DNA from: an uncultured Candidatus Saccharibacteria bacterium
GTDB taxonomy: Bacteria > Patescibacteriota > Saccharimonadia > Saccharimonadales > SZUA-47
Assembly (NCBI GenBank): GCA_964536485.1
Contig: CAZHXX010000002.1
Location: forward strand, 18,647-82,646
Length of the DNA stretch: 64,000 bases
Direction: 5' to 3'
The notes beneath the pieces are model-generated. The model searched no databases. It was not told the DNA's origin and saw only the letters and a program-made list of their open reading frames with translations. The position numbers were made by a program, and so were the translations under genes. Within the stretch, counting starts at the first letter, position 1, and each line of letters opens with the position of its first letter. Positions 17,510 to 26,843 of the stretch are shown one piece after another.

Positions 17510-18337
17510 ATGAAAACTACGCTTACTGAACCAATTTATAATCATCAAGCACTTGTCGGGTCCGCTTTCCTGGGTGGCCCGTTGGCATTTGCCTATATGT
17601 CCTACGCGAATTATAAGGTGTTTTCTGCTTTGGCAGATGAAAAAGAGAAGAGTGAAATCACCAAAAAACTATTCCTCTCATTCGTGCCTTTAGCTACTGT
17701 TCTTCTCCTGGTGTTTATGGCACCAACTCGAATCGCAGTGCTGGTAACCGTTCCACTTATTGTTGGCATTGGTTCCCTATGGAAAGAAACCACAGACAGT
17801 TACGTAAAAAATGGCGGAAAGGTATATGGAAACGGGAAGATCCTTCTGACAATGCTTCTCTCTGCTTTGGTATGGGTAGCTAGTGTTATTGGCGTGGTTT
17901 ATGTTGCTGATAAAGATTTTCGGAAAGATTTTGGTCTATCAAGTATTTCACAGCTTGTCATTCCTGGTAATTTCGATGCGGAGAAGTACAACAGCCTTAT
18001 AGATGAATATACTAAGAATGAAGAGGCTGCTTCTGCAATAAATGAAAAAAATACTCAAGTTGCTACAACGCGTCTGCAAGAGCTTGAGGAGACAGAAACC
18101 TTATGGGCAAAAAATGCCTCAATAATTACAAGCTTGCACAATTTGCAGGACAAACCTAAATCAAGAGAAGAGGCTATCCAAGCGCTAGATACCTATACAA
18201 GCTTAAGGGTGAAAGAAAATAGCGCGCTAAAAACTTTTGTAAAAGATCCTTCGAAGGCAAACGAGATTTATCTAGATAATGTGCAAGCTGATCTACAAAA
18301 AGCATATGAAGCAGTTGTTTCACTTTCAAAAAAGTAG
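17510..18337 (+). CDS. membrane protein with C-terminal coiled-coil-like region, unknown function
   Basis: ATG 17510 (MKTTLTEP, aaaagg SD) preferred over track start 17447. About 4 hydrophobic segments followed by a charged helical tail. Confidence 0.5.
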   Translation: MKTTLTEPIYNHQALVGSAFLGGPLAFAYMSYANYKVFSALADEKEKSEITKKLFLSFVPLATVLLLVFMAPTRIAVLVTVPLIVGIGSLWKETTDSYVKNGGKVYGNGKILLTMLLSALVWVASVIGVVYVADKDFRKDFGLSSISQLVIPGNFDAEKYNSLIDEYTKNEEAASAINEKNTQVATTRLQELEETETLWAKNASIITSLHNLQDKPKSREEAIQALDTYTSLRVKENSALKTFVKDPSKANEIYLDNVQADLQKAYEAVVSLSKK

Positions 18338-18365
18338 GTAACTAGCTTTCGTGCTGTCAACATTA

Positions 18366-18374
18366 TGGTATACT
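18366..18374 (+). promoter_or_regulatory. extended -10 promoter (TGgTATACT) for the metK leader
   Basis: tggtatact at 18366-18374. No good -35. Would place the TSS near 18381, just upstream of the candidate aptamer. Confidence 0.35.
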
Positions 18375-18398
18375 TGTATTACTTAACAATTTAAAAGT

Positions 18399-18489
18399 AT
18401 AAAGAGTGCAAGGTAGAGTTCTAGCTCGTCGATCTTGCCAGCAACCACGTAAATTTTTACGAACGGTGCTCCATCTAGCCTGACTTTGT
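18399..18489 (+). ncRNA. candidate SAM-I-clan (SAM-IV or SAM-I/IV-like) riboswitch aptamer in the metK leader
   Basis: Core strings aGAGUG, P2 GCAAG(18408-12)/CUUGC(18434-38), CAGCAACC, P3 hairpin CGUAA-auuu-UUACG, GGUGC. CUAG in the P2 loop and CUAG in J3/4 could form the pseudoknot. P1 AUAAAG(18399-404)/CUUUGU(18484-89). Hand-folded only. Confidence 0.4.
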
Positions 18490-18522
18490 TCAGGAAAAAT
18501 AGTTTTGAATGTATCTTCAATA

Positions 18523-18559
18523 TTCTTTCTTATCCTGAGTACAGCCAGAGAAGAAAGGA
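18523..18559 (+). promoter_or_regulatory. SD-sequestering helix (expression platform) upstream of metK
   Basis: UUCUUUCUU (18523-31) pairs over 9 bp (one G-U) with AAGAAAGGA (18551-59), which contains the metK SD gaaagga. AAAGAG of the P1 5' strand can alternatively pair with UUCUUU. Confidence 0.4.
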
Positions 18560-18566
18560 TATTTTT

Positions 18567-19682
18567 ATGTCATATCAATTATTTACCAGCGAGAGCGTTG
18601 CCGCGGGTCATCCAGACAAGATAGCTGATGCTATTAGTGATGCACTGCTTGACGCGTTGCTTGAGCAGGATCCGTTTGCGCGCGTTGGCCTAGAAACGAT
18701 TGTTGGTGCTAATAAGATTGGGTTGTTCGGCGAGATTAAAACAACTGCTGTGGTTGATATTGAATCAATTGTACGTGCCACGGTAAAACGACTAGGATAT
18801 ACAAACCCGGCTTGGAACTTTTCTTACGAGTCACCTATAGATGACAATATTCATCAGCAGTCACCAGAGATAGCAATCGGAGTAGACAATGACGGCGCTG
18901 GAGACCAAGGGATGATGTTTGGTTTTGCATGCAACGAAACGCCGGAACTTATGCCTCTGCCAATAACGCTTGCACATGCGCTTACGAGGACGCTCGACGC
19001 AAAACGCGAGTCTGGTGAAATTGCATTTTTACGGCCTGACGGTAAAAGTCAGGTAACCGTGAGATATGAGAATGGCGTGCCTACGAAGATAGAGAAGGTT
19101 GTTATGGCAGTGGCGCATGACGAGGAGACGCCAGCAGAGAAAGTGCATCAGATCGTAAAAACAGAAGTAGTTGACGAAGCCTTGAGTGCGTACGGATTTG
19201 ATATTGATGATAGCGAGGTCGTGGTAAACGGCACTGGCTTATGGCATATACCTGGACCAGACACTGACGCAGGCCTGACAGGGAGGAAAATTGTGGTTGA
19301 CGGCTATGGTGGATATGCCAGAGTTGGAGGAGGTGCGTTTAGCGGTAAAGATCCGAGTAAAGTAGACCGTTCTGCTGCGTACGCTGCACGCTACCTTGCA
19401 AAAAATGTTGTAGCCAAAGGTTACGCGAGTAAGTGTGAGGTTGCACTTGCGTACGTCATTGGGAAGGCTAAACCACTGATGCAAGCATTTGATACGTTCG
19501 GGAGCGAGACTGCGCCTCTTGATGAGATTGAGAAGTATATAGCTGGGCTTCTCGATACAAGTGTGAAGGGGATTGTTGAAGGGTTGAATTTAAGAAAACC
19601 AATTTATAGCGCCACTACGGCATATGGTCATTTTGGGAAAAAAGAGTTACCGTGGGAACAGCTAGACAAAAAAACTAGATAA
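18567..19682 (+). CDS. metK: S-adenosylmethionine synthase
   Basis: 371 aa from ATG 18567 (MSYQLFTSESVAAGHPDKIADAISD). GAGDQGMMFGFA, GGGAFSGKDPSKVDRSAAY. Confidence 0.95.
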   Translation: MSYQLFTSESVAAGHPDKIADAISDALLDALLEQDPFARVGLETIVGANKIGLFGEIKTTAVVDIESIVRATVKRLGYTNPAWNFSYESPIDDNIHQQSPEIAIGVDNDGAGDQGMMFGFACNETPELMPLPITLAHALTRTLDAKRESGEIAFLRPDGKSQVTVRYENGVPTKIEKVVMAVAHDEETPAEKVHQIVKTEVVDEALSAYGFDIDDSEVVVNGTGLWHIPGPDTDAGLTGRKIVVDGYGGYARVGGGAFSGKDPSKVDRSAAYAARYLAKNVVAKGYASKCEVALAYVIGKAKPLMQAFDTFGSETAPLDEIEKYIAGLLDTSVKGIVEGLNLRKPIYSATTAYGHFGKKELPWEQLDKKTR

Positions 19683-19691
19683 TAGTATAAT
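19663..19691 (+). promoter_or_regulatory. sigma70-type promoter TAGACA-17-TATAAT
   Basis: -35 at 19663-68, -10 at 19686-91, ATG of the next gene 9 nt downstream (19701). Lies in the metK 3' end. Confidence 0.5.
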
Positions 19692-19700
19692 GTTGCTATT

Positions 19701-20072
19701 ATGGCAAAAGCATTTCTACTCACTGAATCAATGAAAGACACAAGAGTTGCTGAAGTTGTCGACGATGCACTTAGTCGCCCCAACGAATCAGACAGAATTG
19801 ACACACTACATAGGGTGGCAAACTATCAACGAGAAGTTGGTGAAAACAGCAGAAGACTCTCAAAGCCACTCGAAGTTATTGTTCTCGGGGCGGCACTGGG
19901 AGGAATTATTGCTGAAAGACTTGGTCACTCTGGGGTCTCTAAAGCATTGTTAGGTATCGCAGGTGTTGCAACTGTAGTTGAGCTAGGTGCTAGCGCAACA
20001 GAGGCATATAATTTGCGAGCTGCTAACGATATGCTATCGATGGCTGAGCAACTCAAAAAACAATCAGCTTAG
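19701..20072 (+). CDS. hypothetical protein (123 aa) with Gly/Ala-rich hydrophobic segment
   Basis: ORF with its own promoter; no motif recognised. Confidence 0.45.
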   Translation: MAKAFLLTESMKDTRVAEVVDDALSRPNESDRIDTLHRVANYQREVGENSRRLSKPLEVIVLGAALGGIIAERLGHSGVSKALLGIAGVATVVELGASATEAYNLRAANDMLSMAEQLKKQSA

Positions 20073-20109
20073 TTTCATCTAGTACTCGGCCTACTATATA
20101 CTTAGAATA

Positions 20110-21885
20110 ATGAAGCAAATTATACGTATTTTAGGTATTGGCTGGGACTTGCGCAAAAGCTATGCCATCATAGGGCTATGCACCACGTTACTTTCCACTT
20201 CAAGCATACTTGTGCCACTACTTTCTGGGTGGGCAATTGACGAAATCCGGAAAGGGACTGCAACAGACTTGAGCTATGTTCTCTGGATAGCGACCGCCAT
20301 CTTTGCGCTAGATTTTAGCCAGACACTCCTTTCAAACTTTAATGGCTATGTTGGAGACCAGATTCAAGTTAGGCTGCAAAAAATATTAAGTGCTCGCTAC
20401 TATGAGCATCTTATGCAGTTGCCACAGAGTTATTTTGATACCGAACTTACAGGGAAGATTATCAACCGTCTCAATCGCTCTATCGCGCAGGTTACCGGCT
20501 TTATACAAGCGATGACGAATAATTTCTTGCAGTTTATCTTTTCTACACTGTTTAGCTTAGTTGCAATTGCACTTTATAGCTGGCAGGTGGCGCTGATGCT
20601 TTTTGTCCTATACCCAATCTTTATTATCTTGACGATTCGCAGTAGCGGAAAATGGCAAGACTACCAAAAAAAGAAAAACGAACATACTGACATTGCAACT
20701 GGGCGTTTTGCTGAGTCAATCAGCCAGGTGAAGGTAGTGAAAAGTTATATTCAGGAAAAACGCGAACTCGGTTTTTTTGACCGACACTTTACGGTAGTTG
20801 AAAAGACGAACCGCCCACAGTCAAGACATTGGCATGTTCAGGATATAAAACGACGAGTTGTATTGAACCTTATTTTTTATGCGGTGTACGCATTTATTTT
20901 TTATCAGGCTGCACATGGGGTGTTAAGTCCGGGTCAAGCGGTGGCGTTGATCTTGTATGCGATGAATATCAGGATCCCTATTTTTACGATAAGTTGGCTT
21001 GTTGAGCAGACGCAAAAAGCAGTAGCAGACAGTAAGGACTATTTTGAAATTATGTCCATCGCTCCACAGATAAAAGACAAAGAGAATGCCAAAAAACTGG
21101 CAATTAAAAAGGCTGAGATACGATTTGATAATGTGCATTTTAGCTACGAAAAGGGGAAGGGTGTGATACAAGGTGTCACCTTTACGATACAACCTCATAC
21201 GAAAGTCGCTTTAGTTGGGGAGAGTGGTGAAGGCAAAACAACGCTAACAAATTTGCTTCTTCGTTTTTATGAGCCAGAAAGCGGAACAATACTCATTGAT
21301 GATACTTCTATTCTTGATGTCACCCAAGAAAGTTTGCGCGAGAACATCGGGGTCGTTTTTCAGGATGCAAGCTTATTTAGCGGAACAATACGCGAAAATA
21401 TCGCTTACGCGCGACCTTCGGCTAGTGATGAAGATGTACAAAAGGCGGCACGAGCGGCAAACGCGCACGAATTTATTGAAAAACTAGAAAAAGGTTACGA
21501 CACAGAAATTGGTGAGCGAGGGCTTAAGCTCTCTGGTGGACAGAAACAGCGGATAGCGATTGCACGGGCATTATTAAAAGATGCGCCGATACTGATTCTG
21601 GATGAGGCAACGAGTAGTCTTGATAGCAAATCTGAACTGTTGGTCCAGGAAGCATTGGAACGACTCATGAAACATCGCACGACTATTATTATCGCTCATC
21701 GTCTTAGTACCATACAGAACGTAGACACTATTATTGCTCTTAAAGGTGGCAGAGTGTCCGAGCAAGGAAGCCCAAAGGAACTCGCTAAAGGGAGCGGCAT
21801 TTATGCACGACTCTTGGCTGTACAAACAGCACGATCAAGCGAAGAACGTCAAAAAGCACTCGCAAAATTTGGCATCGTTTCTTGA
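20110..21885 (+). CDS. ABC transporter, fused permease/ATPase (MsbA/multidrug-exporter type), paralog of 4338-6137
   Basis: 591 aa. Walker A GESGEGKTT, LSGGQKQR, ILILDEATSSLD. -10 TATACT (20097-102) lies 7 nt before the ATG. Confidence 0.9.
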   Translation: MKQIIRILGIGWDLRKSYAIIGLCTTLLSTSSILVPLLSGWAIDEIRKGTATDLSYVLWIATAIFALDFSQTLLSNFNGYVGDQIQVRLQKILSARYYEHLMQLPQSYFDTELTGKIINRLNRSIAQVTGFIQAMTNNFLQFIFSTLFSLVAIALYSWQVALMLFVLYPIFIILTIRSSGKWQDYQKKKNEHTDIATGRFAESISQVKVVKSYIQEKRELGFFDRHFTVVEKTNRPQSRHWHVQDIKRRVVLNLIFYAVYAFIFYQAAHGVLSPGQAVALILYAMNIRIPIFTISWLVEQTQKAVADSKDYFEIMSIAPQIKDKENAKKLAIKKAEIRFDNVHFSYEKGKGVIQGVTFTIQPHTKVALVGESGEGKTTLTNLLLRFYEPESGTILIDDTSILDVTQESLRENIGVVFQDASLFSGTIRENIAYARPSASDEDVQKAARAANAHEFIEKLEKGYDTEIGERGLKLSGGQKQRIAIARALLKDAPILILDEATSSLDSKSELLVQEALERLMKHRTTIIIAHRLSTIQNVDTIIALKGGRVSEQGSPKELAKGSGIYARLLAVQTARSSEERQKALAKFGIVS

Positions 21886-21892
21886 TAGAGCG

Positions 21893-21920
21893 TTGTTGGT
21901 CTTTACTTGCGTGATACACT
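21893..21920 (+). promoter_or_regulatory. candidate promoter TTGTTG-16-TACACT for the RND gene
   Basis: Hexamers read at 21893-98 and 21915-20, followed by SD aaagagggg and ATG 21941. Confidence 0.4.
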
Positions 21921-21940
21921 AGGTGAAAAGAGGGGTTTTC

Positions 21941-24631
21941 ATGTCTACCAAGAAAGATACTATGAACATATGGCAAAAAATTGGTTTGTTTTTCTATGAT
22001 AAAAAGCGCACGACGTTAATCATATGGCTTGTCTTCGTCTTGTTTGGGGCTTTAAGCTACACCACATTTATGCGGAAAGAAGGCTTTCCGAGTGTTGAAG
22101 TGCCCCTAGGAGTTGTGCAGGTAGTGAGCTTTGACAGAACTGCAACAGAAATTGATGAGAGTTTTTCTCTTCCAATCATTACGCGTGCAAAAGAAGATAA
22201 GGCGGTAAAAGATATTGCAACAACGTCAACCGACAAAGGCGCACAAATAAGAATTACTTATGAACGGGGAACAGATGTTGCGAAGTCTCTAGATGAGCTA
22301 AAAACACGTCTAGGGGATTCTTTGCCGAGCAATGCGCAAGTTGCTTACGTGAAGGTCAACGCAGGCAAACTTACAAAAGAAGGCGATGATATCCTGGTAA
22401 GTGTACATAGTAGCTCGCTGACAACTGCTGAGCTGGACGACGCAGCAGAGAAACTTGCTCCGATTATTAAGCAAAAAGTTGCACTTGCTGAGACAGTGCA
22501 CGTGTTTAAGTCCATTGAAAGTGTGATAGACCCAACGACAGGAAAGACAACTTCTGGGCAAGTACGATTTGATCGTTATTATGATGCAGAAACCGGAGCT
22601 GTCTTGCCTTCAGTCGCCGTGGGAATTGCCGGAGTTCAGGGTGCCGATCAGCTTGCGCTCTATGATCAGATAGAAGAGGCACTTGCAAGCACTGAAGCAG
22701 TTGCCTCGGGAGCCCAAAGTAAGATAGCAGTAGATTTTGCAGAGGGAATTCGAGAACAAGTCTCTGGGCTACAGCGGAATCTATTCGAAGGCTTGATTGC
22801 TGTTTTACTGGTTAGTCTTATCCTGATATCTTTGCGCGCTTCACTGGTGACCGCACTCTCGATGACAACTACGGTAGCTATCACTATCGGTGTACTGAAT
22901 CTCATTGGCTACAGCATCAATACCATTACTCTTTTCTCACTCGTACTATGTTTGGCACTTATTGTTGACGACACGACAATAGTTGTAGAGGCAATTGATG
23001 CTGGACTCTCGACAGGGAAACAATTTCGTTCTGTCGTAGCTCAATCTCTGAAGAAAGTGGTGCGAGCATCGGCGACAGGAACATTTACCACTATTCTTGC
23101 TTTTTCGCCGATGTTGTTTATCGGCGGTATTCTTGGAGAGTTTATTAGAGCTATACCGGTAACTATTATTATTAGTTTATTCGTTAGCCTTGTCGTCTCT
23201 TTTGTATTTATCCCGCTCTTTATGTATGTCTCTTATGCGCGACGCTCACATAAGATGCAACGACGAGAGACTGTGGTGTCTCGACTCGAACACCGATTTG
23301 GCGATAAGTTAGCCGGTGCTGTCTTGTGGTCAACCAAAACAAAAGTGCGAAGTTACTCAACGAAACTACACGCCGTCTTTTTTGTAGGGGTCTTTGTCTT
23401 TCTTGGGATGCTTATATTGCGAAGTGTTGAGTTTAATATTTTCCCGTCGCCTAAGGACGGCACTGAGCTGTATGTGCAGGCCATGGTACGAGATAAACAG
23501 AGTGCATCGATTAAGACTACTGAGGATGTTGCGAGCGAGCTTCTTGAACAAGTCAAAAATAATGTTGGAAGCGATCTTAAAAAAATGACACTTTTGTCAC
23601 AAAATGGCGCCGACAAAGAAGATTTTACCGCTTCACTGACGCTAACTCCTATTCGCGACAGGGAGCAAACTTCGGTTGAAATTGCAAAACAGCTCCAGAC
23701 AAAGCTAGAGCCTTTGTATCCCGGGCTGATCATCAAGGCTGAAGCTGCGGGTGTTGGGCCGCCTGCTGGTAATTTTACGGTACAGATAAAAACTGGCGAT
23801 AATGTTGAAGGTGCGCAAAAGCTAGCGACTGACCTTAAAAATTATCTCGATACACACACATTGACTAGAGTAGATAAGACAACTGCTTCTCTGAAAGATG
23901 TCACAGTTTCTGCACTATCGACTATTACGCGCGAAGACGAAGAACGGATACTAACAGTAAGTGGAGACTTTGACGCTAAAGATGTCTCTACCTTGGTAGA
24001 ACTTGCTAAAAGTGATGTGAAAAAAGAATTTTCTGAAGATAAAGTGGCAGGATATGGATTGGCAGGCGATGCGGTACAATTCGATTTTGGACAAGAAGAT
24101 GAAAATCAAGAGTCTTTCGCATCGATGGGGAAGGCGGCAGGACCTTTGTTCTTAGCTATGCTGGTGTTGATGGCACTTTTGTTTAGGAGCGTGTTGCAAT
24201 CATTGCTCATTCTGACAGCTCTACCTTTTGCTTTGTTTGGAGTAGCGTCTGGGCTTTCATTGACAAACAACCCCCTCAGTTTCTTTGTGATGCTTGGGGT
24301 GTTCGCGCTGATTGGGATTAGTGTTAACAATGCGATTCTTCTAACGGACTATGCTAATCAAGCGCGTAGTACCGGTGCGTCACCAGCTGATGCCATCGCC
24401 CAAGCACTAAGGGCACGATTACGCCCATTGCTCACCACCAGCATCACGAGTATATTAGCTCTGTTACCGCTTGCGCTGAATGATCCCTTCTGGGAAGGAA
24501 TTGCTTACACTCTTATTTTTGGGTTACTCTCTAGTACTTTGCTGGTTATCTTTATCTTTCCGTATTTCTTCCTCATCGAGGAAGCGCTACGTGCGCGATT
24601 ACGTCGGCTTTTTCGTCTAAAAAACGCTTAA
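21941..24631 (+). CDS. RND-superfamily efflux transporter permease (AcrB-like), no adjacent adaptor protein
   Basis: 896 aa from ATG 21941. Two 6-TM bundles separated by large soluble loops. N-terminus FPSVEVPLGVVQV resembles the AcrB family. Confidence 0.8.
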   Translation: MSTKKDTMNIWQKIGLFFYDKKRTTLIIWLVFVLFGALSYTTFMRKEGFPSVEVPLGVVQVVSFDRTATEIDESFSLPIITRAKEDKAVKDIATTSTDKGAQIRITYERGTDVAKSLDELKTRLGDSLPSNAQVAYVKVNAGKLTKEGDDILVSVHSSSLTTAELDDAAEKLAPIIKQKVALAETVHVFKSIESVIDPTTGKTTSGQVRFDRYYDAETGAVLPSVAVGIAGVQGADQLALYDQIEEALASTEAVASGAQSKIAVDFAEGIREQVSGLQRNLFEGLIAVLLVSLILISLRASLVTALSMTTTVAITIGVLNLIGYSINTITLFSLVLCLALIVDDTTIVVEAIDAGLSTGKQFRSVVAQSLKKVVRASATGTFTTILAFSPMLFIGGILGEFIRAIPVTIIISLFVSLVVSFVFIPLFMYVSYARRSHKMQRRETVVSRLEHRFGDKLAGAVLWSTKTKVRSYSTKLHAVFFVGVFVFLGMLILRSVEFNIFPSPKDGTELYVQAMVRDKQSASIKTTEDVASELLEQVKNNVGSDLKKMTLLSQNGADKEDFTASLTLTPIRDREQTSVEIAKQLQTKLEPLYPGLIIKAEAAGVGPPAGNFTVQIKTGDNVEGAQKLATDLKNYLDTHTLTRVDKTTASLKDVTVSALSTITREDEERILTVSGDFDAKDVSTLVELAKSDVKKEFSEDKVAGYGLAGDAVQFDFGQEDENQESFASMGKAAGPLFLAMLVLMALLFRSVLQSLLILTALPFALFGVASGLSLTNNPLSFFVMLGVFALIGISVNNAILLTDYANQARSTGASPADAIAQALRARLRPLLTTSITSILALLPLALNDPFWEGIAYTLIFGLLSSTLLVIFIFPYFFLIEEALRARLRRLFRLKNA

Positions 24632-24687
24632 GAAAATAGCTTTGCTCGCTCAGTGCTCTTGCCGACAATTACACAACGATTATATGT

Positions 24688-24715
24688 TTGATGGTGTTCG
24701 GCCAACGTCTATACT
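24688..24715 (+). promoter_or_regulatory. candidate promoter TTGATG-16-TATACT
   Basis: Hexamers at 24688-93 and 24710-15. This argues against the track start 24719 (only 3 nt from the -10) and for ATG 24767 with a GGAGGG SD. Confidence 0.45.
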
Positions 24716-24766
24716 TATATGCAAGACGCGAAAATTACATTAAGAGCGCGTGGAGGGTACAACTAT

Positions 24767-25354
24767 ATGGCAACGAACAGCGGCCAACGTGTCGCAGCTT
24801 TTTTACTAGCTGCTTTGTTTCTATTATCAACTATTGGGGCAACAGCATATGTCGTTTGGGAAATTAACCGTGACGACGTGTTAGTGACCGAGAAAGATCA
24901 AAATCAATCGACAACAGACCCACAACAAGATGCTTCAGCAAGTACCGCTTGTGGTTCTGATGAGCTAGCGAGCGTTGCACCAAAGGCAGTACCTTCGGTT
25001 ACCAAAGTGGACGGAACGGTCACCGAACTTAAGAAGGTTGATGTTACGGTTGGAGACGGGGAAGAAGTTCAAGCAGGAGACTGTGTGACAGTGCTTTATT
25101 ATGGTACGCTTGCGAAAGATGGCACCAAGTTTGACGGAAACTATGAGACTGGTCAACCAATCCAATTGTCATTGTCTGGTGTTATCGCTGGCTGGACAGA
25201 GGGCATTCCTGGTATGAAAGTTGGTGGCGTGAGACGCTTGGAGATACCTTCAGCGCAAGGGTATGGTGAAGCAGGAAGTGGCCAAACTATTCCACCAAAC
25301 TCAGACCTTATTTTTGAAGTTCAAGTGCTTGGTACGCGTCGAGCAGACCAGTAA
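24767..25354 (+). CDS. FKBP-type peptidyl-prolyl cis-trans isomerase, membrane-anchored
   Basis: N-terminal TM then GDCVTVLYYGTLAKDGTKFD...GVIAGWTEGIPGMKVGGVRRLEIP..GYG, the classic FKBP_C pattern. Confidence 0.85.
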   Translation: MATNSGQRVAAFLLAALFLLSTIGATAYVVWEINRDDVLVTEKDQNQSTTDPQQDASASTACGSDELASVAPKAVPSVTKVDGTVTELKKVDVTVGDGEEVQAGDCVTVLYYGTLAKDGTKFDGNYETGQPIQLSLSGVIAGWTEGIPGMKVGGVRRLEIPSAQGYGEAGSGQTIPPNSDLIFEVQVLGTRRADQ

Positions 25355-25386
25355 GAAAAAAAGACAAAAACACAACATATAGTGGC

Positions 25387-25415
25387 TTGATACTTAAGCT
25401 TACACCAGCTATAGT
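25387..25415 (+). promoter_or_regulatory. sigma70-type promoter TTGATA-17-TATAGT
   Basis: -35 at 25387-92, -10 at 25410-15, upstream of the glutaredoxin-like gene. Confidence 0.5.
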
Positions 25416-25481
25416 AATAAAGCATAAGCTTTTAAAAAGATTAAAACATATAAAATACACGCAAATTAAGGAGCACTTATC

Positions 25482-25730
25482 ATGTCTAAAAAAATCACCG
25501 TCTTTACTACTAACACCTGCGCATATTGTGCAATGGTAAAAAAATATCTTGACGGAAAAGGCATCGCATATAGTGTCGTGAACCTTGATGAGCAACCAGA
25601 AAAGCAGGCAGAAGTTTATGCAAAAAGTGGCGCATTAACTGTCCCTGTAACCTTAGTTGAGCGTGAAGATATGACAGAAGAAGTTGTCGTTGGTTTTAAC
25701 TTGCCACGTCTTGCGTCAGTTGTTGCGTAA
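25482..25730 (+). CDS. glutaredoxin-like protein (NrdH/YruB type)
   Basis: 82 aa. CAYC redox motif at positions 13-16; TVPV cis-Pro region. Confidence 0.8.
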   Translation: MSKKITVFTTNTCAYCAMVKKYLDGKGIAYSVVNLDEQPEKQAEVYAKSGALTVPVTLVEREDMTEEVVVGFNLPRLASVVA

Positions 25731-25754
25731 TAGCAGGGTGCAAGTGAGATAAAA

Positions 25755-25777
25755 GGCTTGCGAGGGCAAGCCTTTTT
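25755..25777 (+). terminator. rho-independent terminator
   Basis: GGCTTGC-gagg-GCAAGCC (25755-25772) followed by TTTTT. Confidence 0.8.
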
Positions 25778-25825
25778 CATATAAAATGTTTAAGTAGTTA
25801 CTTAAAGGTTAGGAACAGAAGCGAT

Positions 25826-26767
25826 ATGGCTGAAGAATCACAAGTTTATGATGTTGTTATGATAGGAGCGGGCCCCACCAGTTTAGCGGCCGCTGTGTAT
25901 ACGTCTCGAGAAGATATCTCAACTCTAGTTATTGAAAAGGGAATTATTGGTGGTCTTGCCGCTATCACGGACAAGATTGATAATTACCCAGGTTTCCCTG
26001 ATGGGATTGAAGGCATGGAACTTGCAGAAAATTTGCGCAAACAAGCTGAACGCTTTGGCGCAGTAATTGAGCTAGACGAAGTACAAAAGATTGAAAAACA
26101 AGACGGAACTTTTTTGTTAAGGAGTGCAATCGGGAGCTACCGTGCAAAGACAGTGCTTGTCGGGACGGGCTCAGAATGGAAAAAGCTTGGCATACCGGGT
26201 GAGCAAGAGTTCTACGGCCGTGGCGTGCACAACTGCGCAACCTGTGATGGGGCATTTTATCGTGACAAAAAACTCGTTGTTGTTGGGAGCGGAAACTCGA
26301 GTGCTCAGGAAGCACTATTTTTGACTAAATTTGCCAGCCATATCGATATTCTTATCCGTAGCGATGCATGGAAGGCAAGTGATGTCTTGGTGCAAGAAGT
26401 TAACAAAAATGAAAAGATTACCGTACATTTCAACACGTCGCCAGAGGAGATAGCTGGAGGAGATGTCGACGGCATTCACAGAGTCACAAAAGTTGTTGCC
26501 AAGAAGGACGGTGAGAAAGTTGATTTTGTCACTGATGGGGTGTTTGTGTTTATTGGCTTGCGTCCTGTGACATATTTCTTAGAGGGTACAGGTGTTGAGT
26601 TTGATGAAGTTGGCTTTGTGAAGACAGACCAGAAGCTGATGACAGCCGTTCCTGGTATATTTTGCGCCGGTGATGTACGAAGTGGTGCTACGATGCAAAT
26701 AGCGAGTGCTGTTGGCGAAGGAGCGAGTGCGGCGCTTTCAATTCGAGAATATCTCGAGCGACAGTAA
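25826..26767 (+). CDS. trxB: thioredoxin-disulfide reductase
   Basis: 313 aa. GAGPTS FAD motif, CATCDG redox centre, GSGNSS NADPH motif, GDV C-terminal FAD motif. Confidence 0.9.
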   Translation: MAEESQVYDVVMIGAGPTSLAAAVYTSREDISTLVIEKGIIGGLAAITDKIDNYPGFPDGIEGMELAENLRKQAERFGAVIELDEVQKIEKQDGTFLLRSAIGSYRAKTVLVGTGSEWKKLGIPGEQEFYGRGVHNCATCDGAFYRDKKLVVVGSGNSSAQEALFLTKFASHIDILIRSDAWKASDVLVQEVNKNEKITVHFNTSPEEIAGGDVDGIHRVTKVVAKKDGEKVDFVTDGVFVFIGLRPVTYFLEGTGVEFDEVGFVKTDQKLMTAVPGIFCAGDVRSGATMQIASAVGEGASAALSIREYLERQ

Positions 26768-26793
26768 AAAGCCACCTACTACCAATTATAAAG

Positions 26794-26814
26794 CCAGCCG
26801 GAAAGGCTGGTTTT
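26794..26814. terminator. bidirectional rho-independent terminator between convergent trxB and the cytochrome b5-like gene
   Basis: CCAGCC-ggaaa-GGCTGG flanked by an A-run upstream (ataaa) and TTTT downstream. Confidence 0.75.
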
Positions 26815-26843
26815 ATGTTTATATGTGAACTAGTCTAACTATG

